From Calditrichia bacterium (GTDB lineage: Bacteria > Calditrichota > Calditrichia > RBG-13-44-9 > J075), in assembly GCA_050633245.1 (NCBI GenBank), contig JBOEGD010000007.1, forward strand, positions 283,624-347,623: a DNA stretch of 64,000 nt, given 5' to 3'. Shown one piece after another: positions 9,037 to 19,459 of this stretch (the first letter of the stretch is position 1; each line of letters begins with the position of its first letter). Under the pieces are notes generated by a model. The model was not told where the DNA came from. It did not search any database and saw only the letters and a list, made by a program, of their open reading frames with translations. The position numbers and the translations under genes were made by a program.

Positions 9037-9127
9037 GATATATCTCTGTTCTGAGTTCGGAGTTCTGAGTCAGGTAATCTCTGACCATCTCTCACTGTTT
9101 CTGACCGACCCTCACTGTATCTCACTA
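9004..9127. repeat. Cluster of short tandem repeats (two 7-mer tracts and one 10-bp periodic tract)
   Basis: tgataat/tgattat/tgataaa/tgataat at 9004-9031; gttctga/gttcgga/gttctga at 9048-9068; CTGACC/CTCACT every 10 bp at 9081, 9091, 9101, 9111, 9121. Confidence 0.7.
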
Positions 9128-10374
9128 TTTCCGCCTCCGTTCACTGCCGCTTGCAAAACCTCAAGGTAATCTAATGCCAGCTGATCGCGATTAAAGTAAT
9201 CTTCTACAAACCGTCTGCCATTCTTACCAAGCTCTTGACATGTTTCCGGATTATTATATAGCTTTAATATGCCGTCACGCATTGCGTTAGGATCTTCCGG
9301 TGCAACAAAATGTCCGGCCTTGGCAGAATGAACAACAATTTGACGTGCCTCACCGTCTACACTGATGAGAATAGGCTTTGCAACCGCCATAATCTCAAAC
9401 ATTTTTGACGGAATCACGCAGCGAAACAGATCCAGATCCCGCAGTGTTATTAGCACGATATCACACATATTATAATAATCCGGCAACTCCTGCTTATCAA
9501 TTTGACTGAGCATTGTTACATTGCCCAGCTGTAGTTCTTCTTTCATTCGCAGCAGCTTTTCTTTTTCTGCTCCCTCGCCAACCAACAGAAAATGAATGTC
9601 TTCATTTTCTTGCATCAGGGCGGCAGTTTCCAGCACTTTATCTAATGCGTGAGACAAACCATGTGTTCCAATATATGAAATAACAAATTTATCCTTTAAA
9701 CCAAGTTTTTTGCGTAAATCAGCTTTAGCTTCGGCTGGATGGAATAGCTCCAGGTCAACACCATTTTTAATGATATGGAGCTTCTCACGGTTAATTCCCT
9801 TTTGCTCAATTATCGAAACGGATGATTCAGTAACTACCACGACATCCTTCGCCTTCCGATACAGAAACACCTCCATTGCCTCCAGAACGCGGATAATGGT
9901 GCGGTTCTTTAGCTGCCCAAGCTGTACAATAGACTCCGGCCAGAGATCGCGCACTTCAAAGATAAATGGCTTCCACTTAATGATACTCATCAGATATCCG
10001 GCAACAGCAACAAAAAACTGTGGGCTGGTTGCAATGATAATATCTACCGGACCGGTTCGCCAGGGTCCCAAAATTACAGAACTGAACATAAAGGATAGAT
10101 AGCTAAGAATACGCTTAAAAAAGCCCTTGTTAGCAACCGGATAAATGTAGGTACGGATAACGTCAATTTCGCCGTTCTTTTCGCGCTTATACAAGTGTTG
10201 CGGATAATCCGGTGGAATAATACCGGTCGGGTGATTTGGAAAGGCCGTTACAATTGTTACTGAGTGCCCCTCATGCGTCCACTTACGCGCCAGTTCGAAC
10301 GTACGTGCAGAGGGCGCGCCCATTTCCGGCGGAAAATATTGTGAAATGAAAAGGATGCGCAGTTTCGATTGCAT
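9112..10374 (-). CDS. GT4 glycosyltransferase (WbuB/WcaI-like)
   Basis: ISQYFPPEMGA, VTAFPNHPTG, EVRDLWPES, PSKMFEIMA; likely start MQSKLR at 10374. Confidence 0.9.
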   Translation of the reverse strand: MQSKLRILFISQYFPPEMGAPSARTFELARKWTHEGHSVTIVTAFPNHPTGIIPPDYPQHLYKREKNGEIDVIRTYIYPVANKGFFKRILSYLSFMFSSVILGPWRTGPVDIIIATSPQFFVAVAGYLMSIIKWKPFIFEVRDLWPESIVQLGQLKNRTIIRVLEAMEVFLYRKAKDVVVVTESSVSIIEQKGINREKLHIIKNGVDLELFHPAEAKADLRKKLGLKDKFVISYIGTHGLSHALDKVLETAALMQENEDIHFLLVGEGAEKEKLLRMKEELQLGNVTMLSQIDKQELPDYYNMCDIVLITLRDLDLFRCVIPSKMFEIMAVAKPILISVDGEARQIVVHSAKAGHFVAPEDPNAMRDGILKLYNNPETCQELGKNGRRFVEDYFNRDQLALDYLEVLQAAVNGGGNSEIQ

Positions 10375-10509
10375 CGTGCAAACAAGCTCCGGTTTATCTG
10401 AGGACAGCGATTCCGGTAACTTGAGCCGGAATGGAGCCATAACATAACACAATACACAGCCTTTCGCAAGGCCGTGAAAACAGCGTTTTATGCCGCGGCA
10501 GCTACCAAA

Positions 10510-11322
10510 TCAACTATTCGGCAAGCAGCTGGCGATCCTGGTTGAGCTGTTCTTCTGGAGAACCCAGGTTACGTTCATTTTCATCCGTGTAAAATATTCG
10601 CCAAGTAGCGTCAACTGCCCTTTTCCGATATAGGTTTCCTCAATTTCTTGCCTTAACTCCCGGTAATCAAACCCCAAATGCGGTCCATACCCGGGAAGAC
10701 CGGCCTTGCGGTAAACAGAAATCGGCTTGTCTAGCAATAAGCTTTGCAAATAGCGAATTCGACTCTCGCCATCGAAAAAATCACCATATGCATTCGACCG
10801 CAACAGTGAACGCCCCCAATATTTAACAATCCCGGGTAAGCGAACTTCGTTGGGAACCGATATAAGCAACAAGCCACCGGGCTCTGTAGCGTTTACCAAG
10901 TTTTTTAACGCATTTTGGAGATTTCCAACATGTTCCAGTGTTTCAAAGCAGGTTACCACGGAAAATAACTTTTCATCAAAACAGTGGATTTCATTCAAAT
11001 TAAGCAGGTGAAATTGCGAAGCCGCAATCTTCTTTTTTTGGGCCAGTGCCAGCAAATCGGCATTGTTATCGTACCCACAGATTGTATTAAATGTTACTTT
11101 TTCAGATCGTAGAAACTGCTCAATAATGAATCCATTTGAACACCCGAAATCGGCCCAACGCGACGCCTGGGGCGGTTGATAACGAATAAATAGCTCTCGA
11201 AGAACTGCTAAACGGCCTTGATGAATTTTTGAAACTAAACCTTGTTGGTAGGAGCTCTCGTGAACGAATGTTTCTGAACATTTTGGCTTTGCAGAAAAAA
11301 GCAGCATCTTCCCCCCATTCAT
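10510..11322 (-). CDS. Class I SAM-dependent methyltransferase
   Basis: ADFGCSNG motif I; CFETLEHV; PGGLLLISVPN. Confidence 0.85.
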   Translation of the reverse strand: MNGGKMLLFSAKPKCSETFVHESSYQQGLVSKIHQGRLAVLRELFIRYQPPQASRWADFGCSNGFIIEQFLRSEKVTFNTICGYDNNADLLALAQKKKIAASQFHLLNLNEIHCFDEKLFSVVTCFETLEHVGNLQNALKNLVNATEPGGLLLISVPNEVRLPGIVKYWGRSLLRSNAYGDFFDGESRIRYLQSLLLDKPISVYRKAGLPGYGPHLGFDYRELRQEIEETYIGKGQLTLLGEYFTRMKMNVTWVLQKNSSTRIASCLPNS

Positions 11323-11531
11323 GAATTTTTCGGATACTACTCGGCCAGACTTAACGACAGCAGAATACGATTCGAATACGAAAAAACTTTCGCACTCGAT
11401 TTTATACTGCCAAGCCGTTTCCGACCGGTAGAGAATTATGAATGAGGGTTCTATACACTACAATTTCAATCTGCTGTTAGCAAGTAGAAACTTTTTGCAA
11501 TGGTTTGGAGGGGGAATGTTTGAACCGAGTT

Positions 11532-12674
11532 CTAGGAATAGATTTGTTTCAGGCTGAGAACAATCGCCTCTCTGGAAAACAACTTCTTACCGGCATTCAA
11601 TACTTTTTCCGTAGATGGCTGGTACTCTTCACTACTCAAGAATGTACGCAGAGTCTCAGCCAGCTTGTCGGCATTTACTTCAGACACCAGATACCCATTT
11701 TCACCTTCGAGAACCATTTCCGGAATACCGCCGACCGCCGTTGCAATAACGGGAATACCGAGGGTGTTGACCAATGGAATAACACCGCTCTGCGAACTAC
11801 GACGATAGGGCAAAACCCCGATTTTAGATGCTTTTATTTCACGGATTAAGTCCTCTGTAGAGATAAAATCCGGATTATAGTCGGTCTTATTTGCTACTCC
11901 CGTTTCATGAATCTGTTTCTCGTACGTTGCAAAATGTCCATAAGCATTTCCCAAAATGCAAAGGCGGTATTGGGGGTACTCGGGGCTGACTTGGGCAAAT
12001 GCATCTATCAAAACATCCAGGCCTTTATAGGGCAGGATTGCGCCAAAGAAAAGAATTCGGTTTTCTTGTTGAATCGCATTCAGCATATCTTGCGAGTACC
12101 CTGCTGCTGACACGATTTCCGAAAAGTCTGGGTGTGGTATAACAGAAATCTGCTGTTCAGGTATGGCGGTATGGGCCAAGATTTCCTTTCTAACAAATTC
12201 TGTTAACACAACTATCTGGTCAGCGCTCTCATATAACTTCACAAAGGAGCGTTTATGTCGCTCACCGGAGTCGTGAGGAAGAAAGTTATGTGCGGTGAGA
12301 ATAACCTGTGTGCCGCGTCTTTTCAGATATTGAATGAGAACTAAATCCAGTGCAGGAAGACGAGACCAATTAAAATGAACAGTCCCGACATGCTGCCTGC
12401 CTGCCAGTCTGGCAAGCCGAATCAAATCCAGCGGATATTCCAAGGCCCTTAGTATCTGTCGCGCAGAGCGTGGTAGTGAGAACTTTTCGCAGAGCCAGGT
12501 AGAGCAGCGAAAGAAAAAGATTTTCGTGTTGGGCGGTAGAGGAAACGACTCCCAGGCAAACTTTGAGGTCAGAAATGATATCTTTACTCCGTCGGCATTC
12601 AAGATATTCAACAGACAGAAGTTGTACTGGGTGGAGGCATTGATGGCATCTATATACAGAATTTCTTTTTTCAT
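11532..12674 (-). CDS. GT4 glycosyltransferase
   Basis: LTAHNFLPHD, LFFGAILPYKGL, LPYRRSSQSG, VGGIPEMV; likely start MKKEIL at 12674. Confidence 0.9.
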   Translation of the reverse strand: MKKEILYIDAINASTQYNFCLLNILNADGVKISFLTSKFAWESFPLPPNTKIFFFRCSTWLCEKFSLPRSARQILRALEYPLDLIRLARLAGRQHVGTVHFNWSRLPALDLVLIQYLKRRGTQVILTAHNFLPHDSGERHKRSFVKLYESADQIVVLTEFVRKEILAHTAIPEQQISVIPHPDFSEIVSAAGYSQDMLNAIQQENRILFFGAILPYKGLDVLIDAFAQVSPEYPQYRLCILGNAYGHFATYEKQIHETGVANKTDYNPDFISTEDLIREIKASKIGVLPYRRSSQSGVIPLVNTLGIPVIATAVGGIPEMVLEGENGYLVSEVNADKLAETLRTFLSSEEYQPSTEKVLNAGKKLFSREAIVLSLKQIYS

Positions 12675-12690
12675 TAAAATCGCTTTAGTA

Positions 12691-13338
12691 TCATTCAGCC
12701 TTATTATTTTGCACAACAAGGCGCATACCAAACTGCAAGTAATTTACATCCTTTCCAAAAACCATTGAAGCAAATAGCCCGGCTCCTCGCTTTGCAAAGC
12801 TATTGCCACGGTAAGGATTAATTCCTTCAAACTTGTCGATTCCAAATTGATGATCCGCAATGGTCTTCAGCAAACTTTTTTGCGTAAAAAAGCGCAGGTG
12901 TGTTCTATCCAAAGTACCCTGGTCTTTGTATTGCCAGTCGCGCTTCACCAGTAATTCGAAAAGATTCAGCAAATATCGTACGTTTGGTATTGAAGCGATA
13001 ATATGAGCGCCATCTTGCAAATGCTTCTTAATCGATCGAAAGAAAGCGTCATGGTCAATCATATGTTCAATAACGTCGTTGCAAATTACCAGATCAAAAT
13101 AATTTTCCGGGAGTTTTGGCCGCGCCGATTCATACGTCCCGAGAATCACGTTATCCAGAACAGATTTTGAAACATCATAAGCCTCTTGTACAGGCTCAAT
13201 ACCCCAATATTCATGCGTTTTTTTTAGATGTTGACGAAAAGTCCCTTCACCACAACCAACTTCCAGTACTTTTGAGTATGAATCCGGTAAAAAGGTGGAC
13301 ATCTCGGAACGAACATTATCATAGTAAATAGCTTGCAT
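12691..13338 (-). CDS. Class I SAM-dependent methyltransferase
   Basis: LEVGCGEG; DVIEHM; SIPNVR; GTLDRTHLRFFT. Confidence 0.9.
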   Translation of the reverse strand: MQAIYYDNVRSEMSTFLPDSYSKVLEVGCGEGTFRQHLKKTHEYWGIEPVQEAYDVSKSVLDNVILGTYESARPKLPENYFDLVICNDVIEHMIDHDAFFRSIKKHLQDGAHIIASIPNVRYLLNLFELLVKRDWQYKDQGTLDRTHLRFFTQKSLLKTIADHQFGIDKFEGINPYRGNSFAKRGAGLFASMVFGKDVNYLQFGMRLVVQNNKAE

Positions 13339-13589
13339 TGTGAGATCTCTCCGATCAAGTCGAAATAGTCCTAGACAAGAACACGTGAATACGATAAACG
13401 AAAAAAATCGATTTGCCTGCTTTTCAGTTGAATAACATAATATAATCTAACTCATTATGCAAGGTCGGCAAAAGAGCCCGGAGTTTAGTAAAATATGACG
13501 TGGGCTTGGTGAAGAATTCGCGATAGACACGGGTTTTTTCTGTGTCAAAAATACTAGTGCCTGGAACAAGAAAAGGAGGCCGGCTTATA

Positions 13590-14570
13590 TTATGGTCGCT
13601 TGGAAAAGTGAGAGTTTTTTGGGGATAAATTTGTGATAGGGATACCAAGGAGCCAAAGTGTCGACAAAAAGTACACCTTGGCCTTCTCCCACGACGGTTG
13701 TCTTAACAAAAAAACTCCCATCGCCGTGTTCAAAACACCGCGATTAAGTGCTGAAAACCCAAGCGCGACTCGAAGCCCCAGAGCATTTAAGAAACCATAG
13801 TGTTTGCGCGCAAATAGAATTTTGGTCTTATATAACTCAATCCAGGTTTTTAAGCGATTGAGATTCATGCTTTGCCCCTCAAGATGAATAATACTTGTTT
13901 TCGGAAAATGATAAATCTTCACTCCGGCTTGGGAGGCCCTATAGCATAAATCCGTTTCTTCAGTATAAATAAAAAAGTCTTCGTCAAAGCCTTCGAGCTC
14001 ATTGAATAGAGCAGTCTCCATAAACATGAATGCTCCCCGGATACTCTCTACTTGTGAACACGCATCTTCATCCTGCCATCGATAATATTGTCGATCAAAA
14101 ACCGGGGATTTTTTAAACAGGCTGTCTAAAAAAAACGCCTGCATCAGTGTGTCAGTAATCCGGGGATAAGTTTGCTTGCTTATCTGCCACGAACCATCCG
14201 CATTCACCAGTTTTACACCAATAATTGCTCTATGATCACTCAGTTCTCTCCGCAATTGCAATACTTTGTCTATAGAGTTTTCAGTTAAAAGCGTATCCGG
14301 GTTAATGAGTGCAAGGTATTTTCCTGATGCTTTTTCAACTGCTTTATTATTCGCTCCCCCAAACCCCAGGTTCTCTTCAGAAGAGATGACCATGTGCTTA
14401 TCGCCATTCAGGCTTTCGCGCAACAGCTCTAATTGGTCAGGATGGGAAGCATTATCTACAATGATCACCTCATAACTGAAACCGTAGCAGTGTTTCTCGA
14501 ACGACTCCAGCAAATCGACAACCAAGGCCGAGGAATTGTAGTTAACTATGATAAAAGAAACATCTAGCAC
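13590..14570 (-). CDS. GT2 glycosyltransferase
   Basis: IIVNYN, VDNAS, NLGFGGANN, INPDT, GFDEDFFIYTEETDL. Confidence 0.9.
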   Translation of the reverse strand: MLDVSFIIVNYNSSALVVDLLESFEKHCYGFSYEVIIVDNASHPDQLELLRESLNGDKHMVISSEENLGFGGANNKAVEKASGKYLALINPDTLLTENSIDKVLQLRRELSDHRAIIGVKLVNADGSWQISKQTYPRITDTLMQAFFLDSLFKKSPVFDRQYYRWQDEDACSQVESIRGAFMFMETALFNELEGFDEDFFIYTEETDLCYRASQAGVKIYHFPKTSIIHLEGQSMNLNRLKTWIELYKTKILFARKHYGFLNALGLRVALGFSALNRGVLNTAMGVFLLRQPSWEKAKVYFLSTLWLLGIPITNLSPKNSHFSKRP

Positions 14571-14599
14571 AGAATCGAGTTCCTTAGCGGGATAAGTAA

Positions 14600-16015
14600 T
14601 TATTTTAAAAGAATCTGCCGCATTTCAGCAAGATCCGAGCGATTATAGGTGCGAAACAAAAACAAACCGGCAACATAACAAACTGCGCCAATAGCGATTT
14701 CCAACAGCACCTGCAGGTCTAGAGAGTGGATCGCTAAGGCCATAATTACAGTGGGCACTATTAGAGTGGCAAGAGACGACAGAATTTTCTTCAGTGCGCC
14801 AACCCGAGCAAAATACATTATAAGTCCCAGGACCGTTATTTCACAGATAATCGTGGCAAACGCGGCTCCCATCATTCCATACCTTGGGATGAGAAACAAA
14901 TTCAGAATTATATTGATCAGAGCACCGGTACTTGCCGCATACATGTACTGCTTCTGTCTATTATCGGCAATCAACGTAAGAGCAAATGGCAAGTTTCCGA
15001 ACACGGTAAACACCGACAATATCAAAACAGCAAAAACAGGTGCCGCCGATGCGTATTCAGTACCGAAGAGAAAAATCACCAAGTCATCTGCAACTAAAAC
15101 TCCGCCAGCCACGATCGGCATTGCCACGGTTAATAGATATTTAGTCACCAGTTTAAGGGTATTGTTATATTTGTCCCGCTGAGTAATAAGTCTTGAAAAT
15201 ACCGGAAGTAAGACGCGAGACAGGATATGGGCCGTGCTGAGTATTACCATCACAATTTGATATGCGGCCTGATAATACCCAACAACCCGGCTATTCATCA
15301 TAAAACCAAGCAAAATATAATCAAAGTTATAAAAAATTTGCGTAACGATTATTGCGATTCCCAAGGGAAATGCACTTAGGTAGATTGCCTTTAAGTTCCG
15401 GACAGCCGTATTATCCGGTGCCTCATTCCGCAGTAAGCGCCCGGCATGATACCAGGAAAAACCTGCATTCACCAACACTCCTCCAAACAAGCAAACAGGA
15501 ACCCAGACAACATCTGCAGGATTATGAACTACCAACAATACCAGTGAAGCATAAAATGCCCTTTCCAGAAACTTACCTATAGCCTGGTAGACAAGTTTCT
15601 CTTTGCCCTGAAAAATAAATTGAGCAGAAAAAAGAGTTGAAAATAAAAACAACCCTTGCAAAAGAATCAATTTTCTAAGAAGTGAATCAAAGTTCACAAA
15701 GAGGTAAATCAGAACAATCAGGGTAACGGCAATTGAAAACAACAAAACACGAATGGTGAGAATTGAATAGGTTATCGAGCGTAGATTGACTTTTTTGGCG
15801 ATCTCTCTGGTACCGTAAATATCGAGTCCAGAATTTACAAACAGAGAAAAATAGATTATGATTGCTGCAGCAATTCCCCAATCCCCGAAGGCTTCCACAC
15901 CGAGGCTTCGGGCCAAGTAAATCATCAGGCCAGCTGTTATCAACTTCTCAAATAGCTGAGCAATTATCATTGAGGATAAATTTACAAACAAACCTGACAA
16001 CCGCTTCAAGAGCAA
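14600..16015 (-). CDS. wzx: Wzx flippase (oligosaccharide exporter)
   Basis: Highly hydrophobic; YLARSLGVEAFG, DYILLG, VGYYQAA, NLFLIPRYGMMGAAFAT. Confidence 0.9.
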   Translation of the reverse strand: MLLKRLSGLFVNLSSMIIAQLFEKLITAGLMIYLARSLGVEAFGDWGIAAAIIIYFSLFVNSGLDIYGTREIAKKVNLRSITYSILTIRVLLFSIAVTLIVLIYLFVNFDSLLRKLILLQGLFLFSTLFSAQFIFQGKEKLVYQAIGKFLERAFYASLVLLVVHNPADVVWVPVCLFGGVLVNAGFSWYHAGRLLRNEAPDNTAVRNLKAIYLSAFPLGIAIIVTQIFYNFDYILLGFMMNSRVVGYYQAAYQIVMVILSTAHILSRVLLPVFSRLITQRDKYNNTLKLVTKYLLTVAMPIVAGGVLVADDLVIFLFGTEYASAAPVFAVLILSVFTVFGNLPFALTLIADNRQKQYMYAASTGALINIILNLFLIPRYGMMGAAFATIICEITVLGLIMYFARVGALKKILSSLATLIVPTVIMALAIHSLDLQVLLEIAIGAVCYVAGLFLFRTYNRSDLAEMRQILLK

Positions 16016-16070
16016 ATCCTTTTTCTGGATAAAAGAGCAGGCACTGTGTTATGACTACCAATCAGAATTG

Positions 16071-17465
16071 TTACCGGACATCCGTTCCGGAGTTGCTTGT
16101 ATTGTCAGGGGCAGTATTATAAAAATAGCTGATAATAGAAAGCATAATGGTAATCAACAAGATAGAGTTCTTTTGTGTTAACTGTGGCGACGATATTGAT
16201 AACGGAATGATAGCAACCAATAGTGCAAATATAATAACCAAAAGAATCCAATCACGACGATTGTTTAGCGACATTAATGTTATGTAGGCGACGCGTAACA
16301 TCCCCAAATAGAAAATCAGGTAAGAAATCAAGCCAATAAGTCCAAATTTGAACACCAGCGATAAGTAGGCATTATGTACGTAGGGACCGGTTATTCTCTG
16401 TCTGTTGATAACGCTATCGTAGCTGAATTCCGCCCCAATTCCATGTCCGACAACCGGACTTTGTACAATCTGTTCCCAAACTGCAACGGTTTCAGCAATG
16501 CGTTCCTGAACGGATCCATCTTTGCGTGTTTGTCCTAATGAAGAAAAGCGACTACCTACCTGAAGGATTATCGACTCAGCAAAGTTCCCAAATAAGATAG
16601 AGGCTAATAAGCCGGCGAATAAAACGCCGATTATAGAGTAACTTGCCATTCTCATCTTTAATTGTGGTTTAACAAGAACAAATATAATAAACAGTGCAAG
16701 CAGTGCGGTAACCCAATAACCACGGGAGAATGTAACAACCAGCGTAACGAGGAAAAAGGCGGTTAAAATGCCGAAAGCCAGCCTTCTTTTCAGATCGGAA
16801 TAATAAATAAACAGGGTTGCAAAAGACACACTACCGACAAAGAAATAAGGTTCGTTACCCGTTTTTCTGGAAGCAAGGACTTCCCAGAGTTTTGTTACAG
16901 ACTCGAGCGCTGCTTTATATCGCAGCAAGGTATTAATTCCGGTTAATATCATTACAACTACAATGCAGAGCAGCAGAATATTCAAGCGTTTTCGACTATT
17001 CAACTCCTGCACCAGCGGAAAGAAGAGCAGATAAGTCAGAAACGGGATCAGCTGTCGGAACCAAAAAAGCGGCGGAACACCATGCATAATGGAGATAGGA
17101 AGGGAGGCAAAGCATATTAACAGAAATAATGCGAGAGCCCCCTCAGGAATGGAATGTACCTGCTTTTTTTGTCGATAAAATATTGACTGGATTAACCAGC
17201 CGGCAATCGTTGCAACATAGGATGCACCAAAATAAAGCTCAAGCGGATTAACAGTTTCAGTTGAATGAAGAAAGGCATGAACGAGGATTGTCAGGCAAAT
17301 GCCAAAAAAAGTATTGTGAAATGCATAAAGTAACATACCGGCTGCAACTAACCCGGCAGGAATGATGACACCATACTGAATAGTTAATAGCGCAATAACA
17401 AGTTGAAGAACAACAAGCACTGCTGTAACAGCAGGTGAAAAAAACAGGTTTTGTTGTGTCATCAC
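16071..17465 (-). CDS. O-antigen ligase / Wzy polymerase family protein
   Basis: Multi-TM; TFSRG, S-x-x-E-R, PVVGHGIG, HNAYL...GLIGL. Confidence 0.85.
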   Translation of the reverse strand: MMTQQNLFFSPAVTAVLVVLQLVIALLTIQYGVIIPAGLVAAGMLLYAFHNTFFGICLTILVHAFLHSTETVNPLELYFGASYVATIAGWLIQSIFYRQKKQVHSIPEGALALFLLICFASLPISIMHGVPPLFWFRQLIPFLTYLLFFPLVQELNSRKRLNILLLCIVVVMILTGINTLLRYKAALESVTKLWEVLASRKTGNEPYFFVGSVSFATLFIYYSDLKRRLAFGILTAFFLVTLVVTFSRGYWVTALLALFIIFVLVKPQLKMRMASYSIIGVLFAGLLASILFGNFAESIILQVGSRFSSLGQTRKDGSVQERIAETVAVWEQIVQSPVVGHGIGAEFSYDSVINRQRITGPYVHNAYLSLVFKFGLIGLISYLIFYLGMLRVAYITLMSLNNRRDWILLVIIFALLVAIIPLSISSPQLTQKNSILLITIMLSIISYFYNTAPDNTSNSGTDVR

Positions 17466-17507
17466 GTTTGTTATCAGCAGTTAGGTTTAGTATATAAAAC
17501 TGAGTCG

Positions 17508-19382
17508 TTATTCTGCAAGCCAAGTCATTATAGTATTCATTATTCCTGAATAATCACTGGTAAGATATTGCTGCGGATGCGGTGTCAGGCTCGTTAGAAC
17601 CAGCTTTTGATTTCCAGATTCACGAACTGCAATTACCGGCTTACCGGCCATTGTGGCAACAACTTTCCAGCCGGATTTCATATTCATCATCGTTTCGAAG
17701 TATCTGTCGGATTTAGCAATTTTTGTTTTACTGCCAAATAGCGACGTCAATCTGCTACCCAGCTCGGTATTACCACCTTGTAGCCGTATTTCCATGTCCT
17801 TGGCTGTACCTTTAGTACCGTAGAACTGTTGAAAATATTGGTTCGGGTTAATAACAAGCAGATTAATCTTACTATCCATCAACTTTTTTAACTGCTGTTG
17901 TTCGGAGCGAGTGAAATTATAAGGCCGGATAAAGACAACTATGCTCTTTTTTGATTTCGAGATAGTTTCGGTTGAAATACCGGTAATAGCATCCTTTAAT
18001 CCGACAAACTGAACATTCACTCCCGATTTCAATGCCTTTTGCAAGACCGAGAAATTTGAAGTTCCCCATCTCTGCCCCTCCAGGCTCACCATATCCGACT
18101 CTGATATAATAACAAAAAGCTGTCCGCGTGCAACAGTCGGTGCAGTAGGTACCGACTGTTTAGTAATGGAATTCAGGACGTTTAATTCATCCACTTCAAG
18201 ATAAGTATCTTCATACAGCACCACTTTATCGCAGATAGCCAACTGATGCTGTAGTGCACTTCGAAATGTATTTTGATCCATTGGGAATCGACCATCATCT
18301 ACAGATAATGCTCCCCAGACCTTGAAGCCATAAGGCATGAATGCGGTTGTTTGGTATCTCGAAAGCTCCGGTTGAGTGTTGTAGGACATTGGAATTAACA
18401 CATCTATTCCGGCACGACGTAACATTTCTGGATTAAACTGCCCGTAGTTGTGCGCAACTTCTCTTAAATGATACTCTTGCGGAGCAACCAGAAAGATTCC
18501 AACCATTAATTTCGAATCAGATGCGTTCTTTGCTACATCTACAACTTCTTTTATCAGTGAGGTAACAGAAACTTCGCGAAAGCGCACCCAACGTTCAAAC
18601 ATATCGGAATCTGTCGACTTGGTTGCATTTACAAGGCTGGAAAAGTTTAATGAAGCCTTGTTCCACTTGGAAAATTCATTGATAAAGTCAGGTGCAAATC
18701 CCCAATTGCGCTGTTGAAATCGAAAATGATCCAGAATAATGCCATCAGGTTGAAACGATGCAACGAAATCCTGTGTAAACTCCAGCAAAACCTGTCTATT
18801 TTTTTCATCATAAATTGACGGCTTACTCTTCGAATACTCTCCCCGGTCGTTTCTTTGCATCATTGGTTTTTCCGGGTGAAGGTAATTCAACCAGTTAATA
18901 CAAATATAAAATCTGATTCCGAGCTCTCTGGCCGCGTCAACTGCATTTTCAAACTTCTTTTTTGCTGCTCCACTCACTTGCCGCGGAGCCATCACATAAA
19001 TCACATCTGTAATACCTGGATAGCGGGTTTGCAAAAAACGCTTCCAGTTACGTGCTCCGTTGACAGGGTCTCCAAGGTCGACTTCTCCACGTGGATTACC
19101 GTCATAATTGCTTTTAGTAATGTGAAAAGTGGGAACAATCGCCGGAGAAACAGAGCCGGGAGAGGCCGGACGTGGTGATCTACTCGCGGAAGGCATGGAC
19201 GCTGCCGCAGGAACAGTGGTTGCCGCTGAACTCCTGACAGATGTCGGGGTATCGGGTGTTGCAACAACTTCTGTATCAGCTGCTTTGGCGGGTTTATCTG
19301 CAGCATTGATTTCGGTTTTGGTAACTTTTTGATCGCATGCTCCAAGCAACAGAAAAGCTGCGAGAAAGATACTTTTATTCAT
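17508..19382 (-). CDS. Lipoprotein with a putative glycoside-hydrolase TIM barrel (GHL10/DUF187-like) and C-terminal GATase-like domain
   Basis: Lipobox LLGAC after MNKSIF; Pro/Ser/Ala linker; DGIILDHFRF, W..FRE..VT, DVLIPMSY. Confidence 0.6.
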   Translation of the reverse strand: MNKSIFLAAFLLLGACDQKVTKTEINAADKPAKAADTEVVATPDTPTSVRSSAATTVPAAASMPSASRSPRPASPGSVSPAIVPTFHITKSNYDGNPRGEVDLGDPVNGARNWKRFLQTRYPGITDVIYVMAPRQVSGAAKKKFENAVDAARELGIRFYICINWLNYLHPEKPMMQRNDRGEYSKSKPSIYDEKNRQVLLEFTQDFVASFQPDGIILDHFRFQQRNWGFAPDFINEFSKWNKASLNFSSLVNATKSTDSDMFERWVRFREVSVTSLIKEVVDVAKNASDSKLMVGIFLVAPQEYHLREVAHNYGQFNPEMLRRAGIDVLIPMSYNTQPELSRYQTTAFMPYGFKVWGALSVDDGRFPMDQNTFRSALQHQLAICDKVVLYEDTYLEVDELNVLNSITKQSVPTAPTVARGQLFVIISESDMVSLEGQRWGTSNFSVLQKALKSGVNVQFVGLKDAITGISTETISKSKKSIVVFIRPYNFTRSEQQQLKKLMDSKINLLVINPNQYFQQFYGTKGTAKDMEIRLQGGNTELGSRLTSLFGSKTKIAKSDRYFETMMNMKSGWKVVATMAGKPVIAVRESGNQKLVLTSLTPHPQQYLTSDYSGIMNTIMTWLAE

Positions 19383-19459
19383 GATATGACTGTATAGTTT
19401 TTTTTCCATAGTCTGTTACTCGCTTATAGTTAACAGGAAGTGCAAACATCAGCACAATA

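Noticed and set aside
2124-9127. Short repeat tracts as a CRISPR array
   Set aside because: Units are 7-10 nt without unique spacers, and there are no cas genes.
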